A DNA stretch of 64,000 nucleotides from a virus. Under the pieces are notes generated by a model, which had not been told where the DNA came from, did no database searches, and worked only from the letters and a program-made list of their open reading frames with translations. A program made the translations under genes and the position numbers. This document shows, piece after piece, positions 48,925 to 57,479 of this stretch. The stretch's first letter is position 1. Each line of letters opens with the position of its first letter. The stretch spans positions 96,001 through 160,000 of the IMG/VR virus record IMGVR_UViG_3300043395_000996. One strand, written 5' to 3'.

Positions 48925-50228
48925 ATTTCTTTTATTTTTTGTAAACTGTTTGTAAATACATCATAATTTGTAAATGATAGTAAATGATTTCTATTATATA
49001 TACATATATCTTTACACGATAAAATCATTTCATTTATTTCATCTATTGATAATTTTGATAATCTTAAAATTTCATCACACACTTTTTTAAATCGTATATG
49101 GCTATTTTCTTCCTCATCATAACTCTCATCTATTATATGACCGAACGTTTTAAATCCAAGTCTACGAAGTTCAGCCAATTGACCGTTCGATGCTATCATT
49201 ATAAATGGTTGAAAATTTAAAATTGGATGAAATGTTTTTTCTGATATAAAAACCCTATTATTGGTAAATGTTGTCTCGGTGACAATATTAATTGCTGTAT
49301 CTTGATAATATTTTTTATAATAAATTACAGATGTTGGAAAGCTACTTAAAGTATTTTTATTTTTTAAAAAATTTGTATCAATTTCCATTGGTATTTTTGA
49401 TAAAAAATTATCATGTATCTCACCATATGAATCAAATTTAGATTGCGGTATAGAATCTATTGCTTGAATTTCTCTTTCTCTTAAATTTAAAAATGTAAAA
49501 TACCCTTTATCCCACAAATTGTGCTCTTCTAAAAATAACCCCAATGCATATCTATGTGTTCTATTTACAGTACGATTTAGAGATAAAAAATGTTTTTGCT
49601 TTTTTATATTAAAAATATCATATCCAACTAATTCATTTTGAAATGAAAATTCATGTCCATCCAATACTTTATTTTTTAAAAAATATTTCAAAGTTTCTGC
49701 TGCATTTTTTATAAAAAAATGGTCTGATATATAATTTAATTCGGATGTGTTTCGTATATTAGCTGCTCCTGAAAATACAAAAAAATTTGTTATATCTAAA
49801 TCGTATTTTCTACAAATTCTTTTTATATGCAAATTAAATGTTTCATCATATAATGGTTCGGCAAACCAATTAAATACAACTTTCAATTTTCCATCTTTTA
49901 ATTTTTTAAAAGCTTTTTCGGATATATTTTCTATAAATTTATCATAATAATATGCCGGCGGATTAAATGATTCGCACAAATATATTAAATTATCTTCATC
50001 TATATTTGTAGTAATTAAATTATATTTTTCAGCACATCCTCTATACCCATTTCCTAATAACTTTTCAGGAGACTCTCGTATTTCATAAGTTGTCCAATTA
50101 TAATATTCTGAACATTTCTTTTTAAATTCTTCCTTTTCTGATGTTGATAAATTATTTGGTATAACTCTACCAAAATCATCTACATTTTCAAAATAAAATT
50201 TAAAAGGCAATCCACTTTCCAGTTCCAT
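48900..50228 (-). CDS. Putative glycosyltransferase with GT10-like C-terminal motif
   Basis: INIVTETTF...FISEKTFHPILNFQPFIMIA; paralog of 42401..43837. Confidence 0.55.
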   Translation of the reverse strand: MELESGLPFKFYFENVDDFGRVIPNNLSTSEKEEFKKKCSEYYNWTTYEIRESPEKLLGNGYRGCAEKYNLITTNIDEDNLIYLCESFNPPAYYYDKFIENISEKAFKKLKDGKLKVVFNWFAEPLYDETFNLHIKRICRKYDLDITNFFVFSGAANIRNTSELNYISDHFFIKNAAETLKYFLKNKVLDGHEFSFQNELVGYDIFNIKKQKHFLSLNRTVNRTHRYALGLFLEEHNLWDKGYFTFLNLREREIQAIDSIPQSKFDSYGEIHDNFLSKIPMEIDTNFLKNKNTLSSFPTSVIYYKKYYQDTAINIVTETTFTNNRVFISEKTFHPILNFQPFIMIASNGQLAELRRLGFKTFGHIIDESYDEEENSHIRFKKVCDEILRLSKLSIDEINEMILSCKDICIYNRNHLLSFTNYDVFTNSLQKIKEICNLQEKK

Positions 50229-50829
50229 AATGTGGGAATTTTGATTTATATTTATAATAGATTACATCTTCGGGTATTTCTCTTTTTTTATTCCAAGTTG
50301 CTTCCGTTGGAGTGTAAGTTGAAACATCGTTATCTTCAACTATAAAGTATAGGGGTAAATCAAAGTTTCTTGCATATTTGTGAACCTCATAAAATATACC
50401 ACTTTCAAAACTCATATCACCAATAAAACACCACACTTTTTCATCACTTCCTTTTTCTTTAATTCCCATTGCTACACCTAATGCAATAGAAAGAGTTCCA
50501 CCTACAATAGCAGATGAATAAAACTTTTCATCTATATTACATAATGTGATTGATTTACCTTTAAGAATTTCTTCTTCAATCCAAACAGGACAAACTTCTT
50601 TGAGTAATGCATGATAATGAGAACGCCATGTACTGAATACCCAATCCGTTGTTTTTATTCTACTAAATATTTCAATCAATTGTTCTTCATTACCATTTGA
50701 TAAATGTATTGGTCCTCTGATTTTGGCATCTTCCCAATGTTTAACAATTAATTCTTCAAATTTAATTAAATCATTTGGCGTTTGTTCTATCGACCTTACA
50801 ATCGGATATTTTTCTAAATTTTGTATCAT
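50200..50829 (-). CDS. ThDP-dependent E1-alpha-like subunit (truncated, 209 aa)
   Basis: GPIHLSNGNE, STWRSHYHAL and ThDP motif GDMSFESG...VEDN. Confidence 0.85.
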   Translation of the reverse strand: MIQNLEKYPIVRSIEQTPNDLIKFEELIVKHWEDAKIRGPIHLSNGNEEQLIEIFSRIKTTDWVFSTWRSHYHALLKEVCPVWIEEEILKGKSITLCNIDEKFYSSAIVGGTLSIALGVAMGIKEKGSDEKVWCFIGDMSFESGIFYEVHKYARNFDLPLYFIVEDNDVSTYTPTEATWNKKREIPEDVIYYKYKSKFPHYGTGKWIAF

Positions 50830-51596
50830 ATAACTTTTTTTTGTATCAAACTTTTATTTATTAATTTTTTATAAATCATATTAGCAACTATATTATGTCC
50901 TTCCATAGATAAATGTAAATCATTTTCAGGGCAATTTGGTATATCTGCCAATCTTAATTTATTTTTTTTAGCATATGCTCCTAAATTTTCTCCTTCAAAT
51001 TTTATAAAATTATCATTATCTTCAAATTGAGATGAATTTCCATCATATGATAACCACAATGGATAAATATTTTTTTGAATTAACCAATTTGTATATAAAT
51101 CAATATTTCTTTCAATGTTTTTTAATGCAATATCTTCATTATAAACAAATGATAAATAATTTGTATAATATTCATGTAATGGTTTATATTTTTCTTTATT
51201 TTCAAATGGTGGTTCTGAAAATTCTATTTTATTTAATTTTTTAAATTCTTTTGTATAATCGTAATAAACATGCTGTCTACTAAATAGTGTTATTTGACCG
51301 ATAAACAATATATTTCTATCTGATAGATTTTCTTTTTTAAAATAATCATATGTTTTTTGGAAAATTAAATCATTGGATGACATAGATTCAGATAAATTGA
51401 TGTACTCACAATTTAAAATTTTTGCCAAATATGCTATATAATTATTTTCCTTTTTAAATTGCATCGGAATTTCATTTGGCCAAGAATAATCAACACCATC
51501 AGTTATTTTATTTAAAAACTTATAAATATTTGGATTATCAAGCCCACCACCTTCTGTAAAAGAACATCCTATTCCAACAATTAAATCATATTTCAT
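50826..51596 (-). CDS. SGNH-like protein, paralog 3
   Basis: GCSFTEGGG and NDLHLSMEGH motifs. Confidence 0.6.
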   Translation of the reverse strand: MKYDLIVGIGCSFTEGGGLDNPNIYKFLNKITDGVDYSWPNEIPMQFKKENNYIAYLAKILNCEYINLSESMSSNDLIFQKTYDYFKKENLSDRNILFIGQITLFSRQHVYYDYTKEFKKLNKIEFSEPPFENKEKYKPLHEYYTNYLSFVYNEDIALKNIERNIDLYTNWLIQKNIYPLWLSYDGNSSQFEDNDNFIKFEGENLGAYAKKNKLRLADIPNCPENDLHLSMEGHNIVANMIYKKLINKSLIQKKVI

Positions 51597-52426
51597 ATTA
51601 TATTTTCAGATTTTATTCTTTCATTACTTTTTAATTTATTCAAAATAAAATTAGTAAACCATATGTGTCCATTTTTTGATAAATGGAAATCATGTATAGA
51701 TTTATTACTATCATCCCATATAGTTAATTTCATTTTACGAAATGTAGTAAGCCATCCATAATTATATGTATCCAATCCCGTATGAATTTCATCATGTAAA
51801 TAAAAATTTTCCATAAATGAATAATCATTAAATATATTAAAAAATAAAGGTTGTTTATTTGGAATTTTATCAATTCTTATAGATTCTAAATTCCAAAAAA
51901 TAACATTTTTTACTATTTTTTTATTATGTAAATATTTTGCAATATTACATAAATTTACTATACCTCTCCTATAATAATATGTAGATGGTAAAATATATTG
52001 CATAAAATCTTTACTAGCATTGAATTCAAATTCACTTATAGTATTTCCATCATATGTTTCATAATCTTTTTTAATCATATCATATGTTATAGAATCCATT
52101 TCATTTAAAAAATACATATATCCATCTGAAACATCTTTTACTTCTTTCTTTTTGTCATAAAAAGGAAATTCATATCGTGTTATAGTACTACTTTGTATAA
52201 TAACAATATCTTCTTCTTTAAAATTTTCTATATTATCCAATATTTTTAATAGAATTCTTTCATTTGGAATACCATTATCGCTGTAATCTTTTAAATTAAA
52301 ATTTAATTTATTTGATAAAAGATTTGTCCATTTATAATTCTTATCAGCATTAATGTATTCTGGTATTTCTCCATTCATACCATGCCCTTTAGTAAAACTA
52401 TCACCAAATGTCCAAAGTGTAGGCAT
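51593..52426 (-). CDS. SGNH-like protein, paralog 4
   Basis: FGDSFTKGHG, GIPNERI and HDFHLSKNGH motifs. Confidence 0.65.
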   Translation of the reverse strand: MPTLWTFGDSFTKGHGMNGEIPEYINADKNYKWTNLLSNKLNFNLKDYSDNGIPNERILLKILDNIENFKEEDIVIIQSSTITRYEFPFYDKKKEVKDVSDGYMYFLNEMDSITYDMIKKDYETYDGNTISEFEFNASKDFMQYILPSTYYYRRGIVNLCNIAKYLHNKKIVKNVIFWNLESIRIDKIPNKQPLFFNIFNDYSFMENFYLHDEIHTGLDTYNYGWLTTFRKMKLTIWDDSNKSIHDFHLSKNGHIWFTNFILNKLKSNERIKSENII

Positions 52427-52962
52427 TATCTATCTCTTTTTTGTAATATTGGATTATTTGTAGGCCATTCCATTTGAAACTCCGGGTCATTCCATTTAAC
52501 TACACCCTGTTCATCCGCATCTACATATTTTCCATCATAAAATAAATTATAATGAAACATACAATCGGTTAATGCATAATGTCCGTTTGCAAATCCTGGC
52601 GGAACTATTACTTGCTGTCTATTACGTTCTGAAAGGATAAAAGATTCCCACTCACCATAAGTTAGAGAATCATTTCTCATATCTAAAACAACTAAATAAA
52701 TATCCCCCATTACAGCTTGAACTAATTTCCAAGTCTTATTATCCCAATGCAATCCTCTTAATACACCTTTATATGAACGAGAAAATCTTCCGTGAACTGT
52801 AATATTCAATGGTAATTTTAACATTACCGGATGTTCTTCGGTGTGTAATGTTGTAAAAATCTCACCTCTATATTCTCTATAAATCGATGGTGTATAGATT
52901 TCTACTTCATTTCCAAATTTTTTAGATGGAGTAATTTGGAACTCATCCCATTTATTGCTCAT
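52426..52962 (-). CDS. rmlC: RmlC-like NDP-4-keto-6-deoxyhexose 3,5-epimerase
   Basis: GVLRGLH, DMRNDSLTYGEW, PPGFANGH and KWNDP motifs. Confidence 0.85.
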   Translation of the reverse strand: MSNKWDEFQITPSKKFGNEVEIYTPSIYREYRGEIFTTLHTEEHPVMLKLPLNITVHGRFSRSYKGVLRGLHWDNKTWKLVQAVMGDIYLVVLDMRNDSLTYGEWESFILSERNRQQVIVPPGFANGHYALTDCMFHYNLFYDGKYVDADEQGVVKWNDPEFQMEWPTNNPILQKRDR

Positions 52963-52963
52963 A

Positions 52964-53935
52964 TTAAAAATTTTGTGCGTATCCTAACGGGAATCCATTT
53001 CTAAATTCTGCTCCCATTTTAGGAACAATCATTTGATATCCCTGAATTAATTGTTTAATACCTCTATCTAAATCCCACTGTGGCTCCCACCCAGTCGCTT
53101 CTATTTTAGCGTTTGATACGATGTAGTCTCTTTTATCGGGGTCCTCATAAAAATCGTTGTATGATACCGCAAAATCCTTTACATGATATTGTATCTTTTC
53201 CAACAATTCTTGCTTTGATAAATTTGCAGAACTCAACCCAACATTGAATACTTCACCTTTATATTCATCATAATTTTTTAACATAAAAAGAAACGCAGAT
53301 GCCACATCCTCAACGTGAATGAAATTTCTTTTAAAATTCTTTTCAAACACAACAATGTATTTATCGGTAATTGCTTTGTAAGTAAAATCATTTACTAACA
53401 AATCCGTTCTCATACGAGGAGATACACCAAATACAGTTGCTAATCTAAATATGATTGCATCGGTTGAAGTTCTTAAAAAATTTTCTGCATCACACTTTGT
53501 TTGGCCATAAACTGATATAGGCGTTAGTGGTGATTCTTCTGTACACTCTGTTTGTCCTTCTGCAATACCATATCCACTATTTGTGTTTGGGTATAAAATT
53601 TTCTTACCTTTTCCGTTAGTAAATCTAACAATATTAAGAATTTGATGGAAGTTAATTTGTTTTGCTAATTCCGGCTCTGCTGCACATGCGGGAAATCCTA
53701 CAATTGCTGCTAATGGAATAATTACATCGGCATCATTACATAGTTTTTCTAATAAAGATTCATTACGAACATCTCCGTGTATGAATTTAAAATTAGAATC
53801 AGATGTGTATTGTAAAAGTGAAGTTTGATTAAACAACAATTTATCCAATACCACAACTTGATATCCCATATTTAATAGTTTTCCAACTATAACCGAGCCT
53901 AAATATCCAGCTCCACCTGTAACTAATACTTTCAT
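52964..53935 (-). CDS. NAD-dependent epimerase/dehydratase (extended SDR)
   Basis: TGGAGYLGS, canonical YGQTK and RLATVFG motifs. Confidence 0.85.
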   Translation of the reverse strand: MKVLVTGGAGYLGSVIVGKLLNMGYQVVVLDKLLFNQTSLLQYTSDSNFKFIHGDVRNESLLEKLCNDADVIIPLAAIVGFPACAAEPELAKQINFHQILNIVRFTNGKGKKILYPNTNSGYGIAEGQTECTEESPLTPISVYGQTKCDAENFLRTSTDAIIFRLATVFGVSPRMRTDLLVNDFTYKAITDKYIVVFEKNFKRNFIHVEDVASAFLFMLKNYDEYKGEVFNVGLSSANLSKQELLEKIQYHVKDFAVSYNDFYEDPDKRDYIVSNAKIEATGWEPQWDLDRGIKQLIQGYQMIVPKMGAEFRNGFPLGYAQNF

Positions 53936-54669
53936 TATAATTTCTCTAAATCTTTACAAAATTTCATTATGTGATTGTTGTTTCCCGTCATGTCCCAAAA
54001 CTTATAAGGAGTTTCATTTTTAAAATCAAAACAACATAGTAATCCCAATTCTTCTTTATCTAAACATCTAAAACCATATTTATTTTCAGTAACAAATGAA
54101 TCAATATTTTTTCTAAAATCATTTACAACCGAACCATCTAATTTTTTATCCGATACTATAAAGAAATCTGTATAACATTCTTGTGACCAACTAAAATCTC
54201 CTTTGGTGTCAGCTGAACCTACAAAGTATGGTGCGTTTTCATAATTTCTTAATTTACCACCCAATGTTTCCGAATATACCAATTCATCATCAATCCAAAA
54301 TTCATAAGTATTTGTATCTGCATCCCAATTTAAAGTATATAAGTGCATTTCGTTCCAAAATGCTTCATCTTTGTAGAATAAGATTTTATCTGCATACTTT
54401 TCTTCATCACCTTCTACATACCAAAAATTCAACATTATCATATCCGGCTTTCTATAAACGATTCCGGTGTGTAAACCTCTTCTCATAAAGATTCCAGCCA
54501 TATCATCAGCTTTTGAATCATCTTCACTTCTTTTCCAAGTTCCACTAATTGTCCAACTCTTTTCATTCATTACATAAAACGCAGATGTATCAATGATACC
54601 ATAAGCGTTATGTGGCCACCAAGGCAAATCTGCTAATATCAATGGCTCTTTGTAAGGTACTTTATACAT
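53935..54669 (-). CDS. Stand-alone LamG/ConA-like domain protein
   Basis: YEFWIDDELV, FVGS and DF...WDMTGNNNH motifs, resembling the inserts in the two GT7 genes. Confidence 0.5.
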   Translation of the reverse strand: MYKVPYKEPLILADLPWWPHNAYGIIDTSAFYVMNEKSWTISGTWKRSEDDSKADDMAGIFMRRGLHTGIVYRKPDMIMLNFWYVEGDEEKYADKILFYKDEAFWNEMHLYTLNWDADTNTYEFWIDDELVYSETLGGKLRNYENAPYFVGSADTKGDFSWSQECYTDFFIVSDKKLDGSVVNDFRKNIDSFVTENKYGFRCLDKEELGLLCCFDFKNETPYKFWDMTGNNNHIMKFCKDLEKL

Positions 54670-54670
54670 A

Positions 54671-56071
54671 CTATAACTTTATTGTTTTTGTAAAATGGTA
54701 AAATTCTTCTAATTCAGGGAATGTTTTGCAAAAATCAGTTCCTCTTCTTTTATCATGCTCACTAAAATATTGATAGAAATTGTATCTCGCTTTAAACAAT
54801 GCACTATCTTCAATTGGAGAAATAGCCCAATCATATGTTCTTTTTAGCTTTTGAATTTCTAAATCAGAAAATCCAACATATCCTTTTGAATAATATGGAA
54901 TTCCGTGATAGAATGCTAATTGAGCTTGGTCTAAAATATTTTGCTTAAACTGATGTGGTAATACCTGAACAGTTTGATGACGAGGATGTCTTAAATAAGA
55001 TGTATCCATCAATACAGGCGATAACCAATATCTATCATCTCCAGCATATTCTCTTTTTAATTCATACACTCCTTTGATAAATTTATCAAAACTAAATACC
55101 GATAACATATTATATGTTACCATAAATGTAATAGTAATTTTCGGAACTTCTCTTAAAATTCTATTTACGTTATTCCAAAATCTATTAAACTCTAAACCAT
55201 TACGAATATATTCAGCTTGCTCCCCCCAACCATCACACGATGTAAATAATACAAATCCCTTTACTTTATCTTCTTCTGTAATTCTTTTTAGCTTTTCAAT
55301 TAATTTTGTAATCAATTCATCCGGTACACCTAAATTTGAATTGATAGAAAAATCTAAATTTTTATTTGGATTTGGTTCATCAATGATATAATCTAATACT
55401 TTCCAAGTATCTTTGTGCATCAATGGTTCACCACCCGTAATTCTAAATGTATGTAAATCTCTATACAAATCAGGCCACCATTTCCAAAATGCTTCTACAT
55501 AAGGATTATGTTCTCTCAATGGAATTGGCATCTTTTGTTCAGCTGCCAAATGTTTTAAATCGTTAAAACTATCTGTCGTTGGGTATCCACCAAATTGCTG
55601 AATCTCTTCCATCCATTTTGTAGAGAAAGTTGGTGAACAATATGAACATGCGAAGTTACAAGCATTTGAAAACGCAACTTCAACATAGCGTGGGTTAAAG
55701 TCATCTCTCCAATTTGAATTAATAATTTGGTCTGCTAAAGGCCAGCTCCAATCTTCCGATGATTTAAATACTCTATCCGAATATAAATCCGAATTATCTT
55801 CTACACCCCAACAATAATCACATTCCGTAGGTCTAGCACCATTCATCATCTCTTTTCTTTTTTGCTTTTTAAATAAAGTATTGTGAAGAGCAGATGGGTT
55901 TCGTGCAATCTCTAATTCAGAAACTTTATGAGTGTTTGGGTGGTGACAAGAGTGATTGTGACCTGTGTGTAAATGTGTTGTAACTTGTGTCCATTTTGCT
56001 AAACACATTCCCTTACCCACATTATCTAATTTTGTCTTTACTTCTTCGTAAAGTGGTTTTTTATATGCCAT
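54671..56071 (-). CDS. Radical SAM protein with N-terminal Cys-rich (twitch/SPASM-like) segment
   Basis: CNFACSYC, ITGGEP and N-terminal CLAKW...SCHH...CDYCW motifs. Confidence 0.85.
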   Translation of the reverse strand: MAYKKPLYEEVKTKLDNVGKGMCLAKWTQVTTHLHTGHNHSCHHPNTHKVSELEIARNPSALHNTLFKKQKRKEMMNGARPTECDYCWGVEDNSDLYSDRVFKSSEDWSWPLADQIINSNWRDDFNPRYVEVAFSNACNFACSYCSPTFSTKWMEEIQQFGGYPTTDSFNDLKHLAAEQKMPIPLREHNPYVEAFWKWWPDLYRDLHTFRITGGEPLMHKDTWKVLDYIIDEPNPNKNLDFSINSNLGVPDELITKLIEKLKRITEEDKVKGFVLFTSCDGWGEQAEYIRNGLEFNRFWNNVNRILREVPKITITFMVTYNMLSVFSFDKFIKGVYELKREYAGDDRYWLSPVLMDTSYLRHPRHQTVQVLPHQFKQNILDQAQLAFYHGIPYYSKGYVGFSDLEIQKLKRTYDWAISPIEDSALFKARYNFYQYFSEHDKRRGTDFCKTFPELEEFYHFTKTIKL

Positions 56072-57479
56072 AACCTATTGTTTTAACGTTAATCATCTTA
56101 TGTCTATTATAAATAGTATCAATTGATAAAAGTTCGTAATTCATACTATTAATTCCGTCATTTTTATAATTTATTTCTCCTTGCTGCATTTGTAAAACGT
56201 ATCTTCTTTCGTTTCTTGCAGTTGTTTCACCTTTTGCCCATTTATCGATTCCACCTTCTTTTATCAATCCCTCCGTTTGGTGTGGTAAACATAAAAATTT
56301 ACCATCTCTTCTATATGGTAAAATGGTATGTGGAATTTGTATTTGCTCTTTAACTATTTCTACATTTTCTAAATTTTCCAATTCATCATCAAAATCATAA
56401 TCCAATATTAATCCATTTTGTGGAATTTGTTTGTGCATATTTTTGATTTCAGTTTTACCCAAACATCTATCCCACATTTTGATATCAGAAATATATCCTT
56501 TAAAAAATACTTCGGTTGGTGATTTGGAATAACCAATTGTAAATGGCTCCATACCATATCTTTTCAATGGTTCATTAAAAAATAATGGAGATTGTGTGCC
56601 AGTTCCTAATCTCGCATCACTTTCTCTACCATTCAAATAAAAATGTATTTTCTTTTTTTCAGAATCAACTGACATTGTAACCCAACTCCATTGATTTTCA
56701 TATCGTTTAATCCATTGGTATAAATGCCCTTTCATTCTATCCCAAAGTTGCATTGTATATGCTCTACTATTATTAAAAGATAATCCCCAATCGTAACCAG
56801 GTTTTCTAAATATAGGATATTCTATAAATTGTCTTTCCCCATCCCCAATTAACCAAATTGGAACTTTTTCTATTTGCTGGTCTGCTTTTACTAATACTGA
56901 AATTGTGTGAGAATTGGATAAACATTCTTTTAATTCTCTAGTTGGTCTATAAGTTGCTTTTGCATTTTCTCCATTAAAATATCCAACAAACTTTTCTTCA
57001 TTATATTCCAATTCCGTTTTTTCAACATAACCCTCCATCACACATCTCCAAAAAAGGTCATCATCTTCCATACCCCAATCCCAATAATCGTTTGAATAAC
57101 CATTAGTTTTCTCCACTTGTTCTTTTGAAAAAATAACTGCTCCACCAAAGTATTCTTCATACTTTAATTGATAATCTGATTGTGAGATACGAACTGCTAT
57201 ATGTTGTGGGTTATCGGTTGGAAACGAATAATCACAACTATCATCTTCCGGCACCATATCAATATCATGCCAAACGATGTAATCACATCCATCATCGAAT
57301 GCATGCTTAGCTGCAATGTTTTTCATTAAACCTCTATTAAAGAGTTTATCATCACATTGATGTGCTAAATAAATTGTATGCTCAATTCCTCTTTCTTCTA
57401 AAAATTTAGTAACGTGAGGAACAAACACTTTTAAATGTTCTTCTCTATTTCTATATGGAACGCATACTCCTAATTTCAT
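56061..57479 (-). CDS. GT7 (beta-1,4-galactosyltransferase-like) glycosyltransferase with internal LamG insertion
   Basis: VPYRNR, FNRG, HDID, YFGG and WGMEDDD motifs, then LamG, then the GT7 C-terminal segment (LPH...DGINSMNY). Confidence 0.85.
   Translation of the reverse strand: MKLGVCVPYRNREEHLKVFVPHVTKFLEERGIEHTIYLAHQCDDKLFNRGLMKNIAAKHAFDDGCDYIVWHDIDMVPEDDSCDYSFPTDNPQHIAVRISQSDYQLKYEEYFGGAVIFSKEQVEKTNGYSNDYWDWGMEDDDLFWRCVMEGYVEKTELEYNEEKFVGYFNGENAKATYRPTRELKECLSNSHTISVLVKADQQIEKVPIWLIGDGERQFIEYPIFRKPGYDWGLSFNNSRAYTMQLWDRMKGHLYQWIKRYENQWSWVTMSVDSEKKKIHFYLNGRESDARLGTGTQSPLFFNEPLKRYGMEPFTIGYSKSPTEVFFKGYISDIKMWDRCLGKTEIKNMHKQIPQNGLILDYDFDDELENLENVEIVKEQIQIPHTILPYRRDGKFLCLPHQTEGLIKEGGIDKWAKGETTARNERRYVLQMQQGEINYKNDGINSMNYELLSIDTIYNRHKMINVKTIGYGI

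Noticed and set aside
43827-50829. Pyruvate dehydrogenase or transketolase as a central-metabolism AMG
   Set aside because: Both subunits are truncated, there is no E2/E3, and the context is nucleotide-sugar genes.
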